From Macrostomum lignano (lineage: Eukaryota): a DNA stretch of 42,649 nt. Under the pieces are notes generated by a model. It had not been told where the DNA came from. It did no database searches and saw only the letters and a program-made list of their open reading frames with translations. Each line of letters starts with the position of its first letter. Within the stretch, counting starts at the first letter, position 1. Below, in pieces: positions 1 through 9,200 of the stretch. The stretch covers positions 1 to 42,649 of the forward strand of contig NIVC01004543.1 of the NCBI GenBank assembly GCA_002269645.1, in the 5' to 3' direction. The position numbers were made by a program, and so were the translations under genes.

Positions 1-224
1 TATCACCATCAGGTCTCATCGTGCTGAGCCGCTCTCAGAAGTCAAACTTCTTTTCCTCTTTGATGACACGGGCGGCCTCCTGTTTTAGGTCAGAGTACCG
101 ACGGATATTTTCAGGGTCATCAGGGCGCTCGATGAGGAGGAGGCGGCTTTCTTCACGACTGTCGGCTGCCTTCTGACAGCGTTCATTCCAGAAGGGCTGT
201 CGCTTTCTGGGGCCGTTACCGAAA
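1..224 (-). mobile_element. 5'-truncated non-LTR retrotransposon (LINE) ORF2 fragment, endonuclease-RT linker region; continues beyond the window start
   Basis: The minus strand translates as GPRKRQPFWNERCQKAADSREESRLLLIERPDDPENIRRYSDLKQEAARVIKEEKKFDF*ERLST. This matches the PWWN..C...R....P..N..Y..L...A.RVIK..K...W linker pattern of I/R1/Jockey-type ORF2. The TGA sits where Trp is expected. Confidence 0.65.
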
Positions 225-246
225 GGGTTAGGGTTAGGGTTAGGGT
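225..246 (+). repeat. Interstitial telomeric repeat (GGGTTA)3GGGT
   Basis: Read directly: gggttagggttagggttagggt, lying exactly between the LINE fragment and the gag remnant. Confidence 0.9.
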
Positions 247-304
247 GGCCGGGCCGGACGCACCGGTTAGAGCCCTGGTGATGAGGGGATTGCTTTTTCC
301 TGTG

Positions 305-997
305 TTAGTCTATCGAGACACCACAATTGGCACTTTGCCTTGCTGGTGTTCTTCGGTGGTCTGGTGTCCGGCGCTGGCTGTGGGGCGTGCCGCGCCGTCC
401 TGCATAGGCGATTCTGGCCTCGGTGGTGGCAGCAGTCCCAGTGCTGCTGTTGTAGCAGCGGATTTGTTCCAGTTGCTCAAGCGTTTGCAGCACTTCGTTC
501 AGCAGCATGTCGGTAGCTTGCATTCTCTCCAACAGTCTATGCTTGTGGTCCACAGAGGCGAGTCCGTCCACGAGCCGCATGGTGATGAGCTCGTCCTCGC
601 TTGATAGTTTCGTCTCGAGCTTCTCAGCGCTACACGTAGCCGCCGCTGCACAGAGTCGACGGTAGTAGGAGGCGACAATTTCGCTTGGGTCCTGCCTGAG
701 AGCAAGGAATTTCGCTTGTTCGGCAATATCAAGGCGATTTGTGGGCCGGATTATCTCCTTAATGATGTCACGGATTTGTGCAAATGTTTTTTCTCCAGGC
801 TGGCCGGGGCAGCCATGAGGGAGTGTTCTCAGTGCCTTGAGACCTGCCCTGGCAAGGAATAGGTCAGTGATTTGCCGATCTTCTTTCGTGTCCGTCAGTT
901 TCTTGGTTCCTGCGACGGCTGCAAAGCTGAGCAGCCAGGCTTTAGCTGTGTCTAGGTCAGCCAAGTTTAGTTCGGAGTTGCTTGCTTGCGACGCCAT
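305..997 (-). mobile_element. Decayed Ty3/Gypsy-type gag ORF (no pol in the window)
   Basis: MASQASNSELN... carries the retrotransposon gag core AEQAKFLALRQDPSEIVASYYRRLCAAAATC and RLVDGL. It ends in a degenerate zinc knuckle (QSANCGVSID*HRKKQSP) with an internal stop. Confidence 0.75.
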
Positions 998-1655
998 TGT
1001 CAAGTCGCGCCCAGTAAACGAGGACAAGGCTGCCCGCAGGCTTGGTTTGAGTCAAGTGCGAAATTATATATTTGAAACGAGCGAAGTATTGCAAAGCTTG
1101 TGCGATAGGTTTACTGACCATAGTGCGATACCGATCAAAATATATAGGCTTAAAACTTAGAATCGATCACTGACGGACTGAATATTGTTATGCCAAGGGA
1201 GAGAGGGAATGTACACAGCGCCGCGTAATGCATCGGTTTGCGCGAGCCTGCGAGGGCTAACCGCCTTTAGTGCAAGGGGGGGGGGGCTGTTTGGGTGTTG
1301 GCTGTCTGGTGATGGGTGGGTGCTTTGTACATGCGTGTGCCTATTTAGGTCGCCACCTAAAGCCTGGTTCACATTTCCGCAAATAGCTGACGCTCACAGC
1401 TAATAGCTGATTTTCAGAAATCTACTAGCTCAGCGCGACCACTACTAGCGGGTGCTACTATCGCCTCAAATAGATGCATCGCCATGCAGTTCAATTTAAC
1501 CCGCGAAGATAATAGGCAATATTTGACCCTTGGCCACTGTTACGAGTATATAAATTAATTCAGTCTAGTGCTAGCCCTATCTGTGCTTCGGACAGGGCGT
1601 TTTCAATCTAAGAAATCTTGACCAGAAAGCCGTGACCAGCTTTCAGATTTCAAAC

Positions 1656-3266
1656 ATGCTTTCACGAGCCAAGAAGCTACTGCTATTGGCAATCGTAACG
1701 ATACTGCAACATCGTAGGCTGATCAGGCAAGGCCGCCGCCCTAGGCGATGGTGGCGGAGACCGAGTCATCAACGAAGAGAAGAGCTTGGCGAGTTTGCCG
1801 GATTGATCCCACATCTGCGAGATAGAGAATCGGAGATGTACTTCAAGTATATGCGCATGCGCCCGGCTCGGTTTGAGCATCTGCTTTCACTGGTTGCAAC
1901 CAAACTCTCCAGGCCATGTGCAAGAAGAGAGGCCGTTCCGGCAGAGGAGAAGCTAATGATGTTCTGGAGGTTCATATTTTGTTATACGAGCTCGTATTTT
2001 TGGGAGTTTTACTAATTTAATTGTACATGTATTTTTTTTTATTTAATGTACATGAGCCAACCCCCCTCTCTCTCTGCTAGCCTCACCCCCACGTAAAATA
2101 TTAATTAAAAGGGCGTGATTTTGGTAAGCGTGCTTTTTGCTAAGTGGTTGTTTGTTTTGTTTGCCTGCGCGAGAACGCAGAGGTATTGAAAGGCTACAAA
2201 CATCCAATTTTCGCCTACTTAATTATTTTTCGGTTTTTTGAAGAGTTAGTCGATTTAACAAATGATGACGCTTTGCTACCTGGCTTCGGGTTGCAGCCAA
2301 GCCGACTTGTCGTTTCGATTTGGCCGAGGACGCTCTACTGTGTCAGGGGTCGTGTTCGAGACTGCGATTGCCATCTACGACAAGCTGGCGTCAACATATC
2401 TAAAGTTTCCTGCATCTGCAGAAGAATGGAAAGCAATCGCTGGTGGATTCTGGGAAAAGTGGCATTTTCCGAACTGCCTCGGTGCAATTGACGGCAAGCA
2501 TTTCAAGGTTCATTGTCCAAGAAACACCGGCTCCCAGTACTTCAATTACAAGCAACAGTTCAGCTCACTGGTACTCGCCATGTGCGACAGTAACTACATC
2601 TTCACGTACATAGAGAGTGGCAGCGCAGGGAGAGAAGGAGACGCTGGAGTCTTCTCACGTTCAGCCTTGTACGCTGGATTGGAGTCTGGATCGGTGAAAG
2701 TCCCGGAGCCTTCCTGCATTTCTGGCAGCAGCCTCGTCATGCCATTTGCAATTGTCGGTGATGAGGCTTTCCCGCTGAAGAATTATCTCATGCGCCCATT
2801 CCCTGCGCGCGGCGGAATGGTACCATTGGACTACAAGACGCAAGTGTTCAACTACCGGCTGTCTCGAGCAAGACGCACAATTGAGAATGCGTTTGGAATC
2901 CTGGTGACTCGCTGGCGACTCTTCCTGCGGCCTGTCATAGCGAGAATCGATCACGTTGAGGCCTTTATTCGGTGCGCATTCGTACTGCATAACTTCATGC
3001 GAATAGAGGACGAGGCCAACATTACAGCAGCTCGGTCCTACATGCCACCTGGAAGTGTTGACCAGGAACTGCCCACCGGCCAGGTACAGGAGGGTTCATG
3101 GAGATCCACCGTGACAGGCAGCGGCGGGGTAATGCCAGCCCGGAATCTGGGTGGAAATCGAAGCAGCGCCTCCGCTCGGGAGCAACAGATGCTGCTGAGG
3201 GACTTCTTCGTCAGCCCCAATGGTGCCATTCCATGGCAGAGCGCAATGATACATGTAACCTACTGA
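1656..3266 (+). CDS. Harbinger (DDE_Tnp_4/HARBI1-like) transposase, interrupted by solo LTR B; reconstructed CDS 1656-1959 + 2266-3266 = 434 aa
   Basis: Motifs FKYMRM..RFEHLL, EKLMMTLCYLASG (after removing the insertion), CLGAIDGKH, YFNYK, GDEAFPL, FNYRLSRARRTIENAFGIL and LHNF are present. The D-D-E triad is intact. Confidence 0.92.
1960..2260. mobile_element. Solo LTR B (301 bp), BEL/Pao- or Gypsy-type
   Basis: TGTT...AACA termini with 5-bp TSD AATGA (1955-1959 and 2261-2265). Removing it restores the in-frame sequence AAG CTA ATG ATG ACG. No GT-AG splicing solution restores the frame. Confidence 0.8.
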
Positions 3267-3609
3267 TGATAATCGATAATACTGTTGATGAATCATTAAT
3301 TTATTCCGCATGTTTATTTCGCATACAGAACGTGAATTTATGAGCTAATTTTGTGGAAATTTCAAACAAGGCGGCGAGAAAGTACAATGCTGCAGCAGAA
3401 AGTAATCCAAACTCGTAAATAAATTGACAAGACTGTGGAGACAATATTTTCAACATATTAATTTATGATTTCATTATATTTTCTGTCTCTCTCGATCTCT
3501 GCACTTGCTCTCTGACACGCACAATGCAATCTGGTCATGAAAAAAAGGAAAAAAGATTTGCTTCCAGTTTGCAAAATATTGCACTCTATCGCTTTTATCT
3601 CACGCACTT

Positions 3610-4443
3610 CTAGGAGTCATTGGGAGGTGTGACCGTGGATATGATGGAGCCGAGCATGTCGTCGAAGGAAACTGATCCAGCAGCGGCATCAGCGGCAGGC
3701 TCAGTTCGGATGGCAACGCTTCGGGGCAGGCCGTGGAGTTGGATTGTGAACAACTCGCTCCGCAGGTGCGCCATGGCATAGTCGCGCTCAATTTGCGTTG
3801 GAAGCCGACGGATGGCCTGTCCAATTGCTTGGCCAAAGGAGGCATATTCGTCCTCATCTTTTGTCAGTTGCTGAGTCAACTGGCTGAGGGCAGTATCCAG
3901 CTTTGATGCTTCTGCTTTTGATGCAGTTGCCTTTCTGGCCTTCTTTGGCGCACTTTCCGCAAACTCTCGCATTGACGCCTCACTGGGGTCAGTTGTTGCA
4001 GCCTGTGCCTCTGCTCGACTGGACTGTTGCGCCTCATCATTGACCGAGGTTGCCTGCTGAGAGGGTCCAGCAGATCCCACAGCTACAAGTTCTGGTGTGG
4101 GCGGAGGCACATTTGAGGTAGTATCGCCAATGTAGTCACAGTTGTCCAGGAAGTTCATGCGACTGTATATTCCCAACCGCCTGGGAGTAGGCTTGACCGC
4201 ACTCCCACTCGGAAGCTTGCTTCCACGCCGGAAAACAAAGTAGTCACGCTTTAGACCTTGAAACCGCTTGAGGCACCAAGTTGCATCCTTGCCCAAAGTC
4301 TCAGCGATCTGATTCCATGCGCTGGTTTTCGCCTGCTGATCCTTGAATTTTCGGCTTGAGATGTTGTAGACAACTTCATGTTTGGCAACTTCATCTATCA
4401 GAGTTGCATCCAACTCCGGAGTCTCGTGTGACAAGTCGGACAT
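3610..4443 (-). CDS. Harbinger accessory DNA-binding protein: N-terminal MADF (Myb/SANT-like) domain, C-terminal BESS-like motif, 277 aa
   Basis: LIDEVAKHEVVYN...KD...K..AW..IA..LG...WCLKRF..LKRDY...SGS...MNFL is a MADF pattern. DEYASFGQAIGQAIRRLP...LF is BESS-like. The ORF lies inside the TIRs, convergent with the transposase. Confidence 0.85.
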   Translation of the reverse strand: MSDLSHETPELDATLIDEVAKHEVVYNISSRKFKDQQAKTSAWNQIAETLGKDATWCLKRFQGLKRDYFVFRRGSKLPSGSAVKPTPRRLGIYSRMNFLDNCDYIGDTTSNVPPPTPELVAVGSAGPSQQATSVNDEAQQSSRAEAQAATTDPSEASMREFAESAPKKARKATASKAEASKLDTALSQLTQQLTKDEDEYASFGQAIGQAIRRLPTQIERDYAMAHLRSELFTIQLHGLPRSVAIRTEPAADAAAGSVSFDDMLGSIISTVTPPNDS

Positions 4444-6279
4444 TTCCAGGTATCAAGTTGTGTGGAGTTTGGGGTGAAGAATAGAGCATGGTTCTATTCG
4501 TTTCATATAGCCTCCAGCTGTGCTCCTGTCTGGTTGCGCAAGAAATTGTCTGTACTCATTGTACAGTGAGCAGTGAGCAATGACACAATCGTTTAAATTT
4601 ACTGTACGCCTACCCCTGCCATCCATGCTGCAAAAGCGGACAACTCAAAGCAAGGAGTTGTGAGTGTTTATGTGAATGGGGTGCATTTCGGTTTCGTTTG
4701 CCATGCATAAAATTGAAAGTTATATTGTCCTTTCTAGTTCTAATGAATAGAACCAAATAAAATCACTATTAGAGTCCGCCAGGAGCGGCGGACTTTCGGA
4801 TAGTAGAGCTGCGCACGGATAGTAGCGTTCGCAATCAGCTGGTAGCGGCGGCGAACAGCTATTAGTTTGAAGCACGGAGCTATTTGCGGAAATGTGAACC
4901 AGGCTTTAGGCTGGTTGCCTAGTTAAAGTTACTCGTAATTGAGCTCAGGTAATCAGTGGCAGTGCAGTGCACCCACACAGGCCCGCACCTCAATTGTATG
5001 GGAGGTGAACTGTTTCAATCGCCTTCTGACATTGCACCGTTTGTTGTGAGTGGCGCTGTTATTTCCCAGGCGATATTGGGCAGGCTTGGGACAAATATTC
5101 AGTTACCGTTAGATTGACCGGTCATTACCACTCTTGCATAGTATTCTGAGCTACAGTATAAGAATTTCAAATTTTGGTTGTGAGCTCGTGTGAATACCAG
5201 ATTAGTCATTAAATTACATGGAGTTAACGAACTATCAGTAATTGCTTCATTTTAGCCAACCCCCGAACATATTGTTCGTATACATGTACAGTGTATGGCT
5301 TATCCCTTGAATAAAAAGATATTGTCTTAAGTCTATTGAGTCTATAAAGCAAAATTATTGTCCATTGACCGGTTTGTTCTACCACTTTACGCCCAGCTTT
5401 ACAGCTTTATGCCCAGCTGTATGCGCTTCGATTTGAGCGTCGGGTCGGTTCTTCATCAGGAAAACAACGCGTCACAAATCTACAAAGCTACTCGGTAAGC
5501 AAGAAAGATTCGCAGGCAAAAGTGGTCATTCCTGTTATTGATTTCAAAGCGCTGACGTCGAAAAAGCATCAAATTTGAGAGAATGGTTTACTAGAGAGAC
5601 GTATCCAGCATTCAATATCAGTTCGGGTTTGAATTGAGAACAAGTGCCACACATGGAGCAGAGAATGTGACAGCAATGAATAATTGAGAGCAGCGTGCCG
5701 GGGCAGGAGTGGGCACGCATCGCACAGTTGCACACAAATTACAGTTGTGAGGGCACGCATGTACAGTAGGTGGTGGCGTTTGGGGTTTAACTGCGCACAC
5801 GCATCACGTTCGCTAAAAATGGGCTGCGGGAAAGACGAGACGAGACAGATAGGTGGGAAAACCCGGAGGAGGCAGTGAGCAAGGGACCTACGAGCTAACA
5901 ATAACGATCAGGCAATAACGCCGAACTCATCTTGATACATTAGCGCACAATACGAAGTAAAAGGCAAAGTGTTAGTCGTGTGAGCTAATTCTAAAACTAC
6001 TACTAAACAGTAGCAGATACATAGGACAAAATTCTAGGGGTGACATTTGCTACCGTATGGGAAACTGCGGAGCCCCGAGAGCGCGCCTGCAAATGCAACA
6101 TCGGGGCTGGTTGAATATGCGGCGAAGCTGTTTCTAGCGGGAGGCTGGTCGGTGGTGCGGATGGAGGACGACACGGGAAGAATTTTTGAGCCGTGGACCG
6201 AATCGCATCAGATTACGCAAAAGGTGTTAGTGCTCCCAACTCTGACATCTTGGTGACCACGGTCATGGCGGCGACGAGC

Positions 6280-9200
6280 TTATTGAGCTCGCTCCTGACT
6301 TCCCGGCTGCAGGAAGCTGCTGGGAATGGCCTGGCCGCCAGACAAGACCGACGTACCGCTCAAGGACGTCCCGAGGCCCAAGGAACCAGGTACGCCTGCG
6401 GCCGCTGCAGCAGCGTAATACTGAGGCAGGTAGGAGGCCTGCAGGAGGGTGGAAGGAAATGTAATACTGCGGAGGCCTGTGTATGAATTACTGACCTCAC
6501 TAAGAGTAAGTGCAGGCATTTCAGCATGGAATTTCTAGTAATTGTTACATTTGAGCTACTCATCTCATCAGCTCATCACTAGTGGAAAATGCATTCGCGC
6601 CATCTCAGCTTGCTTACTACAGCCAAATAAGGCAAACACGGATTGATGCACTTGTTGACCAACCCCGCTGCCTCACCTGGGCCAGCTGCAGCATGGCCGA
6701 CTCGGATAGGCCCGGATAGCCGGCTGCGTACTGCTGGTATTGCTGGTACATGGCGGAGGTCGCGTAGTCCAACATGCTGCTGTTATTGCCGGCAGCAGCC
6801 GAGGGGGAACCACCGATGCTGCTGGAGACCTGAGGCGCGAGGGCCACGAGGCCGGCGGGTGTCACCATGGGCTGGTAGGCGGCATACGAAGCCAGCTGCG
6901 GCAGTCTGAGGGGCGGGCAGGATTCAGGTGAAGAGCTGACTGCTTAGAGCACGGCTTACTGTTATTAGTAAGGCAAGCGGTTGACAAGCAAAAATCGTGA
7001 GGGCGCAGGGAACTCCGGGCCTCCCACTGCCCTGCTGGCCTGCCGCTTCTCTCTGGCTGCGAAGTTGTCGACAAAAACACAGGAAAGTAGCAGCAATGCC
7101 AGAGAGACAAGCACTACAAGGAGCGAGACGGGCCCAGATTCCAAGCCTGCTTCATCTGTCACGAGTTATCCCTGAAAACCAGCCTGTTAACTGTAAGACC
7201 TGTGACCACTGAGGGTGAGGCACTGCAACTTTTAGCACAGCAATTCACAAACTCGATAGAGGATATGATATTTTCAAATTCAGGTGGGATTATTCACAGT
7301 GACCAGGGTTTTGGGTCCGGACGCCGGCTAGACATCCTGCATGTGCTGCTTCTGACCTGAAGCATCTGGGCTTTCGAATGGAAATCTATGAGCGCCATCT
7401 CGCACTTGCTGAAACTGGCAGGGAATTAAAGCATCCACGGGGCCCGCTGATCCTCCATAAAACCTCCCCACCCGTCGGCACCCCGCCAGTAACCCCTGCC
7501 TCCGCCTCGTGCGCTAATGAAGTCCCGCTGCCTGCCAGCCCCGGCACCAAATGGAGGTCTCCCAGCTCCTTGCGGGCAAAACGCTAATATGCCCCGCAAA
7601 ACTGCTGATGTTGCCTCGCGCAGCCCCAGGCCCGCTGCCGCCTCCCAGCAACCAGGCCTGTCAGTGAAAATAATGAATGGCCTTTCGGAGCGATCGCAGC
7701 CGCCTGTTGCCTCCTCACCTTCCCTTCCGTCTGCACCATTTTCCCGTGGGGCTGGAGAAGCTGGGATAACTGGGAGCCTCCAGGGCGGATGGGGCGCAGT
7801 TGTGCCCAGAGAATCACAGATTACTCCACGCATGCCATTGCCAACATTGCTGGCCGCTTAAGGTAGGATGAGGGACGGGGCCCTGGCCCAGGATAATGAC
7901 AGCAATGGGCTCTGCACAGCAAATCGTTTGTGCATGGGAGGCTGCGAGCCTAACGCAGCCTTGCAAAGATATCGCCTGCACCTCTGGGGAGAAAGACTTC
8001 AAGCATCGATTAAGCAGAAAATAAGTGTTATTAAAGTCTGCAAAAGAGAAAACGCAGTGTGAGCTTTGAAGGCCTATGTTCGCCAAATTTTCACTCCAGC
8101 CACTCAGACAGGGCAAGCACGCTGCCAAACATTGACACAATACCTTGATCACCGGGATAAGCTCTGCTTCCCTGAGCGGGCTAAGCTAGCAGCTGGATGA
8201 AAAGAAGGGAGGAAATTCATATCTTGATGTTTGTGCAGCTCTTTCCAGCAATTATGCCATCTTGCTTTTGATTTTCAGCCGCTCGGTGAACCGCTTGATG
8301 GCTGCTTAGCTGGAACTGTAGGCTCGCATCTGCTACTGCAAAGCGAATGCTCGCATCTGCTACTGCAAAGCGAATGCTCGCATCTGCTACTGCAAAGCGA
8401 ATGCTCGCATCTGCTACTGCAAAGCGAATGCTCGCATCTGCTACTGCAAGACGAATGCTCGCATCTGCTACTGCAAAGCGAATGCTCGCATCTGCTACTG
8501 CAAGACGAATGCTCGCATCTGCTACTGCAAGACGAATGCTCGCATCTGCTACTGCAAGACGAATGCTCGCATCTGCTACTGCAAAGCGAATGCCACCTAT
8601 CAGTGAGGGGAAGGTTGAGTTACTCACGTGGCGGCCTGTTGCTGCTGCTGAACGCCCTGCTGAAGCCTCGCCAGAGTCAGCGCTTGCAGGTGGGCTGAAA
8701 GGAACGGGAGGCAGTTTGAATCAGACGAAGAACAAACAGCCTCTGAGTAGATTTACAACACCAATAGAAAGTAGACGTTTTTCATTTCTCAATCAGGTCC
8801 CGGAACCAGCTCATGTTTGCGAAAGTGAATCCTAGGCGCTTGTTGCACAGAGTAAAATATTCGGGTGCAATGGAAATTCCAGTGCATTCGATTTCCTGGC
8901 AGTGCGCGCTTACGAGTATGATAGCGCTTTTTCAGATGCAGACTGGTCAAGCCAAGCTGCTTTAATATCCTGAAATTCGACTAATTCTGGATTCTGGCAC
9001 CTGAATAAGGAGTTCGATAAATCAGCAAAAAAAAGCTTTTCTCTGTAAGGGAAGCTCTTGCCAAATATTCTTAATCTACTTGCATTAAAGTTATTAATAA
9101 TTTACAGGAATAACGTTTGCTGTGACGCTCAAAGGATTCTCATAAACTGGCAGAACTATGAGCGCACTGCAGCTTACTGTGAGCATGCGAACTACTTTAT

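Larger units (their letters stand above)
1361..4905 (+). mobile_element. PIF/Harbinger DNA transposon, two-gene structure
   Basis: Perfect 28-bp TIR AGCCTGGTTCACATTTCCGCAAATAGCT at 1361-1388, inverse at 4878-4905. CTACTA/TAGTAG subterminal repeats occur at both ends. Transposase and Myb/MADF ORFs are convergent. Confidence 0.92.
1186..5093. mobile_element. Solo LTR A (about 360 bp), split by the Harbinger insertion: 1186-1360 plus 4906-5093
   Basis: Begins TGTTATG at 1186 and ends GGGACA at 5093. Flanked by the 5-bp direct repeat AATAT (1181-1185 and 5094-5098). Confidence 0.75.

Noticed and set aside
1000-1180. Primer-binding site and 5' LTR of the Gypsy remnant
   Set aside because: No convincing CA-TGG junction or tRNA-complementary PBS was found, so the element boundary is not called.
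7378-8062. Plus-strand GC-rich ORFs inside RBM24 intron 3
   Set aside because: No recognisable domain or consistent splice chain; could be decayed sequence but cannot be supported.
8217-8835. ORFs of 136-162 aa in three frames over the 27-bp array
   Set aside because: They are open only because the unit is 3n and stop-free. The region is intron 3 and exon 3 of RBM24 on the minus strand.
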